Source: Christensenellaceae bacterium
Lineage (GTDB): Bacteria; Bacillota; Clostridia; Christensenellales; Christensenellaceae
DNA length: 57,201 bases
NCBI GenBank assembly: GCA_050945895.1
Contig: JBMNTU010000001.1
Span: 1 to 57,201 of the forward strand
Reading direction: 5' to 3'
Shown: in pieces, positions 27,290 through 36,423 of the stretch
Layout: the number at the start of each line of letters is the position of its first letter
Numbering within the stretch: the first letter of the stretch is position 1
The notes under the pieces: generated by a model
The model's database searches: none
What the model saw: the letters and a program-made list of their open reading frames with translations, nothing else
Told to the model about the DNA's origin: nothing
Position numbers and translations under genes: made by a program

Positions 27290-28277
27290 CTCTTGCTATC
27301 TCTATCTCGCCTTCGTCTTCCAGCTTGCGAATAACGTTGACGATCTTCTGCTGTGCCTCTTCCACGTCACGCACACGCACAGGCCCCATATACTCCATGT
27401 TTTCTTCGATCATTTCCTTCAGCCGCGAAGAAATGTTGGAATAAATCTTGCCCGATATCTCTTCGTTGTCTGCCGCGCCCTTGAGCGCCAGCGTCAACAC
27501 GTCGTTGTCCACTTCCTTGAGCATACGCTGAATCGCCTGGTCTGTCAGCTTTACGATATCCTCGAACACAAACATCTTGCGCCGTATTTCCTCTGCCAGC
27601 TCTGGGTCTTCCGTTTCGATGCTTTCCATAATATGCTTTTCCGTTGTCCTGTCGATGGAGTTCAGGATATCCACAATTGCATCCACGCCGCCTACCGCCG
27701 TATTTTCTTCCTGCCCGATGCTCGAAAGCTTACGCTCCAAGATATGCTCGGCCTCCCGGATGTACTCCAGCGAAACAGAGCTCATGCTGGCAATGCGCTG
27801 CACCACCTTTGCCTGCGTATCCTCCGGCAGTTCGGCCAGTATCTGCGCCGACTTGTCCGGTTCCAGGTAAGAAAGGATGAGCGCAATCGTCTGCGGGTGC
27901 TCGTTTTGTATGAAATTAGATATCTGCATCGGGTCGGACCGCCGGACAAAATCGAACGGACGAATCTGCAGCGACGACGAGAGCTTTCCAATCATCTCGT
28001 TCGCCTTGTCTTCGCCCATCGCGTCAATCAAAATTTCCCGCGCATATTCTATACCTCCCTCAGAAATATATTTCTGCGCAACACAAATATCATAGAACTC
28101 TGCCAGCACCTCGTCCCGCGTCTCCTTATCAAACGTACGGAGACTGGTAATGCTAAGCGTCAATTGCTCGATTTCCTCTTCTGTCAGGTGCTTGTATATT
28201 TCCGAGGAATAATCCTTCCCCAGCGCAACCATGAGGATAGCCGCTTTTTCCTTAGACATCAGCTTGCCTTCCGCCAT
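27261..28277 (-). CDS. fliG: Flagellar motor switch protein FliG
   Basis: The sequence shows EKAAILMVALGKDYSSEIYKHL, MFVFEDIVKLTD and the C-terminal charged helix region. Confidence 0.95.
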   Translation of the reverse strand: MAEGKLMSKEKAAILMVALGKDYSSEIYKHLTEEEIEQLTLSITSLRTFDKETRDEVLAEFYDICVAQKYISEGGIEYAREILIDAMGEDKANEMIGKLSSSLQIRPFDFVRRSDPMQISNFIQNEHPQTIALILSYLEPDKSAQILAELPEDTQAKVVQRIASMSSVSLEYIREAEHILERKLSSIGQEENTAVGGVDAIVDILNSIDRTTEKHIMESIETEDPELAEEIRRKMFVFEDIVKLTDQAIQRMLKEVDNDVLTLALKGAADNEEISGKIYSNISSRLKEMIEENMEYMGPVRVRDVEEAQQKIVNVIRKLEDEGEIEIARGGEEDALII

Positions 28278-28283
28278 AGCGTG

Positions 28284-29888
28284 CTACCTCCCTTCGTCCA
28301 TCAACCAGTTTCGCAATATCTGCGCAACTGTATCCGGGTTTTTCTTGACCAGCGACTGAATTTGGTTCAGTGTATTGTCTTTGTTTTCATTCATCAGTTC
28401 TTCGATCGATATTTCGTCGTCCACCATTACATCCACGCGGTTCTTTTCTTCCTCGGCCGCAATGGCAGCCTGCTGCGCCGCCAGTTCCATTTCCTTGCGC
28501 CGCTTTGCCGTATTGGTAATCATGAATATGATGACAACAATACCGCCCACAATCGCGCCCAGCATGACGAAGAACTTGATCAACTCATTCCGTTCTGCTT
28601 CCTCTGCTGCTGCAATCTGCTCGTCCAGCGCCTGCTGCATAAGCGAATTCTGCTCAAACGGCATGGCCGAAACAGATATGCGCTCTTCTGCAACACCAAT
28701 TGCAGTTGCAATAAGCGTACGTACCTGCGGCAGCATCTCTTCCATTTCTTCGCCGCCGTCTATAATCAGCGAACAGGAAAGCTCACTGATCGTTCCCTGC
28801 GCTTTTTCGATTTGCTCGCGCAGCTCATTTACTTCCGCATTCAGCTCTTCCGTTACCTGGTAATAAACGGAATCCCCCGCCAGTTCGTCGATCTCCTGGT
28901 AGACAGGCGCACCGCCGTTCGTATCGAGCCCCGGCTCTCCCTCTGCGCCCATTCCTCCTAAAATACGCTCCTCCATCGTTTTCATGCTGACGATAATGCC
29001 CATGTTTTCCGCATCCTCGGTGGGAGGGGAAAGCGTGATGGATTCCGTATACGCCTTATCAAAATTCAATATTACATTTACGCTTGCAGACAGCTTCTCC
29101 GGCCCAAACACCGGCGACAACAGGTTTATGATCTGTTGCCGGAGCTCCTCCGACACCCTGTTTTGCAGGTCGATTTGCGTATTGACTGTTCCAGTTCCGC
29201 CTTCAGCTGTTCCCGATCCATACATCTGCATCGTAGAGTCGACAATTGTAATGTTCTCTTGCGGCAGGTAGGGAACGCTGGTCGCCACAAGCGAACGAAT
29301 CGCATCCGCGTCGCTGCTTGTCAGCGTAGCGCCCGGCTGCACCGTTACCATGACCGACGCCGAAGACTGGCTTCCATTTTTATCGGAAAGCACAAACGCG
29401 CTCTGCTCCGCTACATTCAGGAGCACAACGCTGTTTTTGATTTTGCTCATCTGGTTGATGGATGATGAGAGGTTTTGTTCCAGCTGTATTTTAGAATACA
29501 TCGCCTTATCGGCGTCTGTCGAGCCGAAAGAAGATGCGCTTTCATAGATGCTGTAGTCGATTCCTGCCGCTGTAGACGGAATCCCCTCCGCCGTCAACGT
29601 GTATCGAAGCTGGTTGACCTGGTCTTTGGGTACCATAATCGTACCGTTTGCCCGTGCCTTTACGTCCACACCCTGAGATTCGAGTTCTTCGTAGACCACT
29701 CCGGCATCCGCTTCGCTTAGGTTGGAATACAAAACGGCGTACTCCACCTGGTTGGCCATCGTCGCCACTACCGCAATTGCTACAATTGTCAGCGCGATTA
29801 CCGCTATTATGAGAATGCGCTGTGACCGCTGCGCTTTTTTCCATCCTTCAGACATTCTTTTCAAGAAGTCTGTAAACGCGTTATTCAA
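28284..29888 (-). CDS. fliF: Flagellar MS-ring protein FliF
   Basis: The 534-aa protein has an N-terminal TM helix (ILIIAVIALTIVAIAVVATM), YscJ/FliF ring domains and a C-terminal TM helix. The start is TTG behind GAAGGGGG. Confidence 0.9.
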   Translation of the reverse strand: MNNAFTDFLKRMSEGWKKAQRSQRILIIAVIALTIVAIAVVATMANQVEYAVLYSNLSEADAGVVYEELESQGVDVKARANGTIMVPKDQVNQLRYTLTAEGIPSTAAGIDYSIYESASSFGSTDADKAMYSKIQLEQNLSSSINQMSKIKNSVVLLNVAEQSAFVLSDKNGSQSSASVMVTVQPGATLTSSDADAIRSLVATSVPYLPQENITIVDSTMQMYGSGTAEGGTGTVNTQIDLQNRVSEELRQQIINLLSPVFGPEKLSASVNVILNFDKAYTESITLSPPTEDAENMGIIVSMKTMEERILGGMGAEGEPGLDTNGGAPVYQEIDELAGDSVYYQVTEELNAEVNELREQIEKAQGTISELSCSLIIDGGEEMEEMLPQVRTLIATAIGVAEERISVSAMPFEQNSLMQQALDEQIAAAEEAERNELIKFFVMLGAIVGGIVVIIFMITNTAKRRKEMELAAQQAAIAAEEEKNRVDVMVDDEISIEELMNENKDNTLNQIQSLVKKNPDTVAQILRNWLMDEGR

Positions 29889-30062
29889 AAAATGCCCCCT
29901 TCAACTTTTGCTGCATTTTAGACGCTATCGCATAGCATTTCGCATGGACAACTCCCCCCGGCTTTATCCTGCATTTCCCCGGCACCCGGGCACCACAATG
30001 CAACAACGTCCTGTTCAGTATTCACAACGAATTGGACATCTTGTCCCCAAACCTATCCTTAT

Positions 30063-30146
30063 AAAGCCGAAAATCCCTTACGGGCTTTCCAACGGCCAGC
30101 AAGCCAGCCTATCCGAAAATTAGCCGCAAAATACCTGCGGGCTTTC
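30063..30146. repeat. Two imperfect direct copies of a hairpin-forming about 26-nt motif in the cheW-fliF spacer
   Basis: The plus strand reads AAAGCCGAAAATCCCTTACGGGCTTTC (30063-30089) and TAGCCGCAAAATACCTGCGGGCTTTC (30121-30146). Each copy folds as AGCC(G)..CGGGCT. Confidence 0.6.
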
Positions 30147-30172
30147 ATTTCCGGTATCATGTACAGAAAATC

Positions 30173-30664
30173 TTATTCATCATCCTCGTCAATAAAATCG
30201 CCAACGCCAATTACTTCGTCGCTCGACATCACAAGAATGGTTTTTTCCTTCAATACCGCCATGCCTTCCAAAAATTTTTCCGAACTCTTTGCATTCACTT
30301 CGGGCAGCGGATTTATCTGGCTCATTAAAATATCGATCACATCGTCAACCGCATCCACAATAAAGCCAACACACTCATCTTCCAGCGAAACCACAATAAT
30401 ACATGTGCGCTCTGTGTATTCCTTTTCAGGATAGCCCAGGCGAAGGTTTACATCGATCAGCGGAATTGCAATGCCTCGGACGTTTATAATCCCCTTCACG
30501 TAATGCGGAGCCGAGGGCACGACCGTCATGTGCGAAACACCAATGATCTCTGTGACCCGGTCTATATGTATACAGTAAAGTTGCTCGGCCACATAAAACG
30601 CCAAATACTTTCCGCTTTGTTCGAGCTCTTTTGCTTGTTTGGTTTGTTCTTCACTCATACCCAA
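30173..30664 (-). CDS. cheW: Chemotaxis coupling protein CheW
   Basis: This is a single CheW domain (YLAFYVAEQLYCIHIDRVTEII..VKGIINVRGIAIPLIDVNLRLG..VGFIVDAVDDV). Confidence 0.9.
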   Translation of the reverse strand: MGMSEEQTKQAKELEQSGKYLAFYVAEQLYCIHIDRVTEIIGVSHMTVVPSAPHYVKGIINVRGIAIPLIDVNLRLGYPEKEYTERTCIIVVSLEDECVGFIVDAVDDVIDILMSQINPLPEVNAKSSEKFLEGMAVLKEKTILVMSSDEVIGVGDFIDEDDE

Positions 30665-30757
30665 CAGTTCCTTTCAGATCCGGGCGCATTTACCGGACGC
30701 ACCGGGCGCCGGATGCTTCCAATTATTTTGGCGCAACACGCTGCACAAAAAGCGCAG

Positions 30758-32917
30758 CTACACCAATATATTGTTGATATCTAAAATTAGCGCAACTGTA
30801 CCATCGCCCATAATACAGCATCCGCCGACACCTCTTACACTTCCCATCGACTTTGTAATAAACAGCGGCAGCGCCTTTATAACAGCTTGCTGCTCACCCA
30901 GAAGCTTATCTACAAACAGGCACGCAGAACCAAGCTCACTTTCCACCAGAATCATGATGCCATCGTTAAAGTTTGTGACCTCTGTCGGCATGCCAAAAAA
31001 CTCATGCAAACGGATGATCGGGTAGCATTCGCCGCGAATAATAATCAGCTCGTTGCCGCCCGGCTCCACAATAATCTCGTGCAGCCGCGGTTCCAGCGAC
31101 TCCCGGATGGAAAGCGTCGGAATAATATACATGGAGTCTCCTACCATTACCTTCATTCCGTCCATAATCGCAAGCGTAAGCGGTATGTGCATCGTAATAA
31201 CGGTACCCTGCCCCGGTTCACTGTCTACGACGACCCTGCCGCCAATTTTCTTCATGTTTTTGCTGACAACGTCCATTCCTACGCCGCGGCCGGAAAACTC
31301 TGTTGCCTGCTCACGCGTAGAGAACCCAGGCATCAACGTAAAACCATACGCCTCCTGGTCAGATATTTCATCAGGGGCTTTAGATGTCAGGCCATTTGCA
31401 ATCGCCTTTTCAACGATCCTGTCCCGATCCATCCCTTTTCCGTTGTCCTTCACGCGCACAATAACGTCGCCGCCCGAATTCCGGGCTTCCAGCGTCACCT
31501 GGCCTCTTCTGGGCTTGCCTGCCGCTTCGCGTTCGTCCGGTGTTTCAAGGCCGTGATCCATCGCATTACGGATCATATGCATCAGCGGATCGGAAAGATT
31601 ATCGATTACGCTCTTATCCACTTCCGTATCTTCACCGATAATAATCAAGTCCGCTTCTTTTCCTGTCTTTTTTGCAATATCGCGCACAATACGCTGCATT
31701 TTATGAAATGTCGCGGCAATCGGAACCATCCGCACGCTCATTACAACATCCTGCAGCTCGTTGGTCAGCTTCCGCAGCCGTCTGGCCTGCATTTCAAAAT
31801 TTTCCAGCTTCAAATCGACAATATCCGGGTTTTTAGTCACCATCGCCTCAGTTGTCACAATTTCACCAACCAAGTTCATCAGCTTGTCGATCTTGTTGAC
31901 GTTCACGCTAATAAAGCTTTGTCTTGTAGATGTCTTTTCCGTTCCTTGCGCCGCCGCTGCAGCTTCCTGTTTGGCCGCAGGCGGTGCGGGAGTTTGCGCA
32001 ACGGGTGCTGCCGCAGGCTCATCTACCACATCTGCCGGCGGTTCTTCTTGAGCTTCTGGCTTTTCTTCGTCCGCTTCCGCAACATCTTCAGCCGGTTTTT
32101 CAGGCGCCTTCACATCCAACTCGCTCATTTCGAACGACTTCATAAACATCGTTTCGTCAATTCTTTGCCGCACAACTTCGGCATTTCCCTCCGTTGCCGA
32201 GAATACAATCGTAAGGCCGTCTTTTACAATCTCCTCATCATGGTTTTCATCCAGGTCTTCGGGAAGCGTCATGCAATCCGCACAGCACTCCGCAATAGAA
32301 GATACCACGCCATATGCGCGAATCGTTTCCATCTGGCAGTCGTCATCAAAGAAAAGCTTCACCTGATAAACCTTGTCATCCTCATTTCGCTCCAGCTTTT
32401 CCCCAATTTCCAAAACCTTAGCGTCCGCTTCACCGCTTTCGCTTGCCGCCGCTTCGCTGCCCGCCTGCTGTTCCCCGTCGCCTGCAGGCGCTGCCTCAGC
32501 CGAAACTTCGCCGCCGGAGGAAAGCGTATCGTACATCGTGCGCAGTTCCACTACAAGTTCGTCGGCGTTTCCATCAGGCTGGTCTCCCTGCTCCACCTTA
32601 CGAATCTCTTCCATAAAAAAGTCGATTGCTTCAAGAACAATATCAAAAATCCGCGCCCATGCCGAATCAGGCGCGCCATTATCCCTAATATAAGAAAACA
32701 GGTCTTCTATGGCATGCGCAAGCTTTGTTATGCTGTCAAACCCCATCATAGCAGACGAGCCTTTTATGGTATGCATAACGCGAAATGTTTCATTGACCTG
32801 TTCGTCGGACAATGAGGCGTTTTTTTCACCGCCTAAAAGCAACCCTTCCAGCTGCTCCAGCAATTGCGTGTTTTCAAGCACATATATTTCCTGCATGGAT
32901 TCGTCCATGAACATCAC
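30758..32917 (-). CDS. cheA: Chemotaxis histidine kinase CheA
   Basis: The Hpt motif (FRVMHTIKGSSAMMGF), dimerisation region, HATPase region (DPLMHMIRNAMDHG .. GRGVGMDVV) and C-terminal CheW-like domain are all present. Confidence 0.95.
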   Translation of the reverse strand: MMFMDESMQEIYVLENTQLLEQLEGLLLGGEKNASLSDEQVNETFRVMHTIKGSSAMMGFDSITKLAHAIEDLFSYIRDNGAPDSAWARIFDIVLEAIDFFMEEIRKVEQGDQPDGNADELVVELRTMYDTLSSGGEVSAEAAPAGDGEQQAGSEAAASESGEADAKVLEIGEKLERNEDDKVYQVKLFFDDDCQMETIRAYGVVSSIAECCADCMTLPEDLDENHDEEIVKDGLTIVFSATEGNAEVVRQRIDETMFMKSFEMSELDVKAPEKPAEDVAEADEEKPEAQEEPPADVVDEPAAAPVAQTPAPPAAKQEAAAAAQGTEKTSTRQSFISVNVNKIDKLMNLVGEIVTTEAMVTKNPDIVDLKLENFEMQARRLRKLTNELQDVVMSVRMVPIAATFHKMQRIVRDIAKKTGKEADLIIIGEDTEVDKSVIDNLSDPLMHMIRNAMDHGLETPDEREAAGKPRRGQVTLEARNSGGDVIVRVKDNGKGMDRDRIVEKAIANGLTSKAPDEISDQEAYGFTLMPGFSTREQATEFSGRGVGMDVVSKNMKKIGGRVVVDSEPGQGTVITMHIPLTLAIMDGMKVMVGDSMYIIPTLSIRESLEPRLHEIIVEPGGNELIIIRGECYPIIRLHEFFGMPTEVTNFNDGIMILVESELGSACLFVDKLLGEQQAVIKALPLFITKSMGSVRGVGGCCIMGDGTVALILDINNILV

Positions 32918-32981
32918 CTCTTAACTGTTGCCACACCCAAAACAGGTGCGTCTGCCAAAACGATACCAAAGCAAATTGGCA

Positions 32982-33338
32982 TTACTTGAATTTGCTCAGT
33001 GCAGCGATAATGATTTCTTCTTTAAATGGCTTTACCACAAAACCCTTCGCTCCCAAAACAACAGATTCCTTTACCATTGTTTCCTGTCCAAGTGCAGAAA
33101 CCATTACAACATTTGAGCCAGGGCTGACTTTTACGATTTCCTTCAAAGCATCGATCCCCGACATCTCAGGCATCGTAATATCCAGTGTAACGATATCTGG
33201 TTGCAGCTCGGTGCATTTTTGCACTGCCTGTACACCATTCTCCGCCTCGCCGACAACTTCGAACCCATTCTTCGTAAGCATATTTTTCAGCGTCAGCCTC
33301 ATAAAAGCCGCGTCGTCCACAACCAATACGGTTTTCAT
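32982..33338 (-). CDS. cheY: Chemotaxis response regulator CheY
   Basis: This is a receiver domain (MKTVLVVDDAAFMR .. DIVTLDITMPEMSG .. VVMVSALG .. KPF). The start is set at ATG 33338 behind GGGAGGA. Confidence 0.9.
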   Translation of the reverse strand: MKTVLVVDDAAFMRLTLKNMLTKNGFEVVGEAENGVQAVQKCTELQPDIVTLDITMPEMSGIDALKEIVKVSPGSNVVMVSALGQETMVKESVVLGAKGFVVKPFKEEIIIAALSKFK

Positions 33339-33379
33339 ATAACATCCTCCCAAAATTCTTTGATATTTTTCGTGATCAT

Positions 33380-33862
33380 TTATATTACCTTTACGCCTTT
33401 GCCTACCGTTTTAATTTCGAGGGATCCGTCTTCCGTCCGAAGCGTAATCGTCCTTCCGTATGTTCCCCCCAGGTCTTCCGCAATAATGGGGATCCTGAGT
33501 TTCAAAACGGCCATTTTGCTCACAAAGGCATTTCTCTGCCCGACCTTCAGTGTGTCATTCGTGGTATTGATGTTTCCAAACATATGCGCGCCGCCCGCCA
33601 GCTTGGCCACAATATGCGGCCTCGAAGCTCCCTGCGCAATCATCTTGTTCAAAAGCTCTTCCGGGCCGGTGTCCGCAAATTTCGCGCGGTTGACCTCCGT
33701 CGCCTTGGTCGAGTCTGGCAACACAACGTGCACCATACCACCAATCTTATTTACTTTATCATAAAGCACGATCCCCACGCAAGAGCCAAGTCCCAAAGTT
33801 ACAATTGTTTCGGGTTGCTTGACGACGCCGAGTTCCGCCATACCAATGATAACATTTTTCAT
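33380..33862 (-). CDS. cheD: Chemoreceptor glutamine deamidase CheD
   Basis: The motifs TLGLGSCVGIVLYD and GGAHMF are present. The stop lies 1 nt from the cheC end. Confidence 0.9.
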   Translation of the reverse strand: MKNVIIGMAELGVVKQPETIVTLGLGSCVGIVLYDKVNKIGGMVHVVLPDSTKATEVNRAKFADTGPEELLNKMIAQGASRPHIVAKLAGGAHMFGNINTTNDTLKVGQRNAFVSKMAVLKLRIPIIAEDLGGTYGRTITLRTEDGSLEIKTVGKGVKVI

Positions 33863-33863
33863 C

Positions 33864-34463
33864 TTATAAGCCCAGCGCCCTCTTCAATTTTTCCAGGGAC
33901 TCCATCGTGGGCATAAGAAAGAAATGCCCGTGAATCGATTCCGCCGCGCCTCCAAATTTTGTATCCAGCATCAAAACGGAATCGCCCATCTCTCCATACA
34001 CCAGAGCGGGCACGTTCATAATGGCCATTGCCATATCCACTGTTAGTTCGGGAACAGAAGGTACAATACTGAGGTGTGTAAGGGAGGCAATCGCAGAAAT
34101 ATATGCGCCTACCAAAATGTTACATATCTCTCGCATCGGCTCGAATTCAGATATGTCCGTATCTTCCGTAATTTCGATATCCTGCTTCATAAGCACTTTA
34201 AGCGAAGTTTGGACGTCTTTCAGATCCTGCGCCAGCAGAATAAAGCCTTCAAACTCCTGGCTCAACTGCACCAAAATGCCAAGAATCACATGGTCGGGCC
34301 CGCCAAGCATATCTGCTATTTCCGCAAAGCCAATCATACGGCAATCGGGCACTTCGATATGCACTTCCGTATCTGTCATTTCCGACAAAGCGGAGGCAGC
34401 ATTTCCAGCGCCAATATTGCCTATTTCCTTTAACAGGTCAAGGTCCGAAGCATTGATATCCAT
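33864..34463 (-). CDS. cheC: CheY-P phosphatase CheC
   Basis: There are two CheC repeats (DLLKEIGNIGAGNAASALSEM and EICNILVGAYISAIASL). The start is set at ATG 34463 (AAAGGGTG upstream); the longest ORF reaches 34514. Confidence 0.85.
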   Translation of the reverse strand: MDINASDLDLLKEIGNIGAGNAASALSEMTDTEVHIEVPDCRMIGFAEIADMLGGPDHVILGILVQLSQEFEGFILLAQDLKDVQTSLKVLMKQDIEITEDTDISEFEPMREICNILVGAYISAIASLTHLSIVPSVPELTVDMAMAIMNVPALVYGEMGDSVLMLDTKFGGAAESIHGHFFLMPTMESLEKLKRALGL

Positions 34464-34660
34464 AGAATTCACACCCTTTTTATCCACTTTCCTTATGAAA
34501 CGAAAGGTCTGCACGAAGCAGACACAACTCTACCCAGCGCTTAACGATTGCACTTTGCACGCGGGTATACACATTTCATATTCTTGAAGTGTACTTGTCA
34601 GTTCAGCAATCTGCCAGACAAACGTTACATGTTTGTTACAGAGCTTTCCTCTCGCACATA

Positions 34661-34689
34661 ATTATATCCTATACAGGCTTATAAATCAA
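34661..34689 (-). promoter_or_regulatory. Putative sigma-A promoter of the cheC-cheD-cheY-cheA-cheW unit
   Basis: The minus strand reads TTGATT-N17-TATAAT. It would give a leader of about 190 nt that contains hairpins (ACAAAC/GTTTGT and GTCTGC/GCAGAC). Confidence 0.55.
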
Positions 34690-34930
34690 CAATATTTTAT
34701 ACTTTATTTACGAATGTTCATTTCATTTGCTCCCCCTTTCACTCATTTATCCTAACTCATAATTCGTGTACAGGGCTTGGAATGTCCGGCTGTTAGAAGG
34801 CTAAAGCTTTTGGCTGTGCCTTTTCACGAAGTGTATCGGTTATATTGAAACCCGCGTTTTGCAATAAACCGTTCTACCTATTTTGTAAACAGGATTATCT
34901 GCTGTAATCACGCAAAACAAACAAATACGT

Positions 34931-34971
34931 TTTTTTTATTAAAAAAAGCTGTATTATCAAAAATACAGCTT
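34931..34971 (-). terminator. Intrinsic terminator after csrA
   Basis: The minus strand reads AAGCTGTATT-tttgat-AATACAGCTT followed by TTTTTAATAAAAAAA. This is a 10-bp perfect stem. Confidence 0.8.
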
Positions 34972-34989
34972 CATATTACTTTGCCCAGT

Positions 34990-35238
34990 TCAGTCCTTTT
35001 CTGCCTCTTTTTCCATCTCTTGCTTTAATTGCGAGAGTTCTACTAGGTTTACGTTCACACTGGCCGCCTTCTGGTTTTCCAGCACAACCTTTTTCAAGGT
35101 TTCGTAGCGGTAAATTCGCATGCTTTTCGGAGCGTCTATCCCAATCCTGACCCTATCCGATTCAACATTTAAAACGGTAACCGTAATATCGTCGCCAATC
35201 AAAATCGCCTCATTCGCTTTGCGCGTCAGAACCAGCAT
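34990..35238 (-). CDS. csrA: Carbon storage regulator CsrA (flagellar type)
   Basis: The sequence reads MLVLTRKANEAILIGDDITVTVLNVESDRVRIGIDAPKSMRIYRYE. The gene overlaps fliW by 29 nt. Confidence 0.95.
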   Translation of the reverse strand: MLVLTRKANEAILIGDDITVTVLNVESDRVRIGIDAPKSMRIYRYETLKKVVLENQKAASVNVNLVELSQLKQEMEKEAEKD

Positions 35239-35701
35239 GCTCCGCCACCTCCTCCGCGTTTTTGTAATACTCCGTTAGCGCTTCAAATACGGGGTGTTGA
35301 ATGGAAAGCGGCTTGTAGTCCATCATAACCTGCATACCAATCATTTTTTTGATATTGATCAAAAGCGGCGCCATCAGGTTGACCGTCATTTTCGACAGGT
35401 CGTCCGGCAAGACCATTACATTCAGCACAATCAGGTCTTCTTCCGTGTGCGTATCAATCAGGTCCAATTCGTCGTCGTTCACTTCTATCTCATAATCCGG
35501 CTTAATGATAAACGGATTGATGATAGGAATAGAAACATCTTCATCATCAATGCTTTGCAGCCACTGGATCGGCTCCGTTTGGTCACACCGTATTATGGCA
35601 AATTTTGTAAGCTCCTTAAATCCCGGAAGCCCTTCGGGGAAGTTAATAATACTCTGTTCGTTGATCTGCACGATTCCAAACCGCACCGAGTTTATTTCCA
35701 A
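35210..35701 (-). CDS. fliW: Flagellar assembly factor FliW (CsrA antagonist)
   Basis: The motifs INFPEGLPGFKELTKFAI and NLMAPLLIN are present. Confidence 0.9.
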   Translation of the reverse strand: MEINSVRFGIVQINEQSIINFPEGLPGFKELTKFAIIRCDQTEPIQWLQSIDDEDVSIPIINPFIIKPDYEIEVNDDELDLIDTHTEEDLIVLNVMVLPDDLSKMTVNLMAPLLINIKKMIGMQVMMDYKPLSIQHPVFEALTEYYKNAEEVAEHAGSDAQSE

Positions 35702-35736
35702 AATCTTTTGCCCTCTCTTCTATTCAATATAAACGC

Positions 35737-36348
35737 CTAAATTTTTTCGTTTATCTTGCGTCCATCGTTTCGGGTTTGCTCTACCCTGTCCGGGTTCACC
35801 GTAATCTTAACCTCGCTGCGGCCGCTCAGCTTAATCTCCACAGAATGCGGAGAAACTGTTACATCCGGCATATAATCATCGTCCCAGTCGATGGTAATCT
35901 CTCCGGTCGTCCACTCAATTTTAATCCCGCCCGGATCCCAAACAATGTCCGGCATGGATTCCGGCATAGATGCCACATTTAACTCCGGCATATCCGAAAG
36001 CATGTTATCAAATGCAAGCTCGCCGATCGGGTCACGCTTAGAGTCGATATAACTGTTCAGCTTGCCAAGGTAGTCTCCGTTTTTTACCGTCCGCTGGATC
36101 GCCTGGTCTACTTTTTGCCGACTAACCTGCCTCATATGCTGCTGCAGTTTTTCAGGCGACCGCCTGCCGGATTGCGCCCAAACAGTACTCCAGTCCACCT
36201 TAAAGCTGGGCGCCTGACGTTGCACTGTCATTTGGGGAGGCGTCCTCTTGGAGGTAAACCGTCGTATCTTATTGGTTATATTCAATTGCGCCCTTGTCGA
36301 CGTAATATCAAGCGTCGGACGGGTCGTCTGAATGCTTAGTGTTTTCAT
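35737..36348 (-). CDS. YviE-like protein (DUF6470 type)
   Basis: The gene lies between flgL and fliW, as B. subtilis yviE does. The repetitive pattern (LDITSTRAQLNITN .. KIEWTTGEITIDWD .. VEIKL) is typical of that family. Confidence 0.6.
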   Translation of the reverse strand: MKTLSIQTTRPTLDITSTRAQLNITNKIRRFTSKRTPPQMTVQRQAPSFKVDWSTVWAQSGRRSPEKLQQHMRQVSRQKVDQAIQRTVKNGDYLGKLNSYIDSKRDPIGELAFDNMLSDMPELNVASMPESMPDIVWDPGGIKIEWTTGEITIDWDDDYMPDVTVSPHSVEIKLSGRSEVKITVNPDRVEQTRNDGRKINEKI

Positions 36349-36423
36349 TCCACAACACCTCTAACCAATATAGCGGCCAATTTTTCACGAGCTCATTTTT
36401 TTCTTTTTTTTATTATATACCTA

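Noticed and set aside
26541-28961. An 806-aa plus-strand ORF, together with similar long plus-strand ORFs at 30887-32815, 43351-45429, 38110-39462, 47378-48706 and 48468-49628.
   Set aside because: All lie exactly antisense to well-supported flagellar or chemotaxis genes, and one spans three genes. Their translations are Arg/Leu/Phe/His/Cys-rich with no recognisable motifs, no SDs and no domain logic. These are shadow ORFs, kept open because the sense genes avoid TTA/CTA/TCA codons.
30059-30160. A 33-codon minus-strand ORF (MIPEMKARRYFAANFRIGWLAGRWKARKGFSAL) in the cheW-fliF spacer, whose two KAR.. segments coincide with the hairpin repeats.
   Set aside because: It has no SD. The composition is dictated by the repeats. 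The in-frame spacing of the repeats (51 nt) is most simply coincidence.
34704-34726. A possible 5' remnant of a flagellin coding sequence after the SD-like AAGGGGGAG.
   Set aside because: The only frames are M-K-stop and MNIRK-stop. Neither resembles a flagellin N-terminus (MRINHN-like), so no coding remnant can be claimed.
36370-36377. GCCGCTAT (7 of 8 for the sigma-28 -10) in the flgL-yviE spacer.
   Set aside because: There is no TAAA at N14-N16, and the central A-to-C change disrupts the CCGATA core. This is too weak to call.
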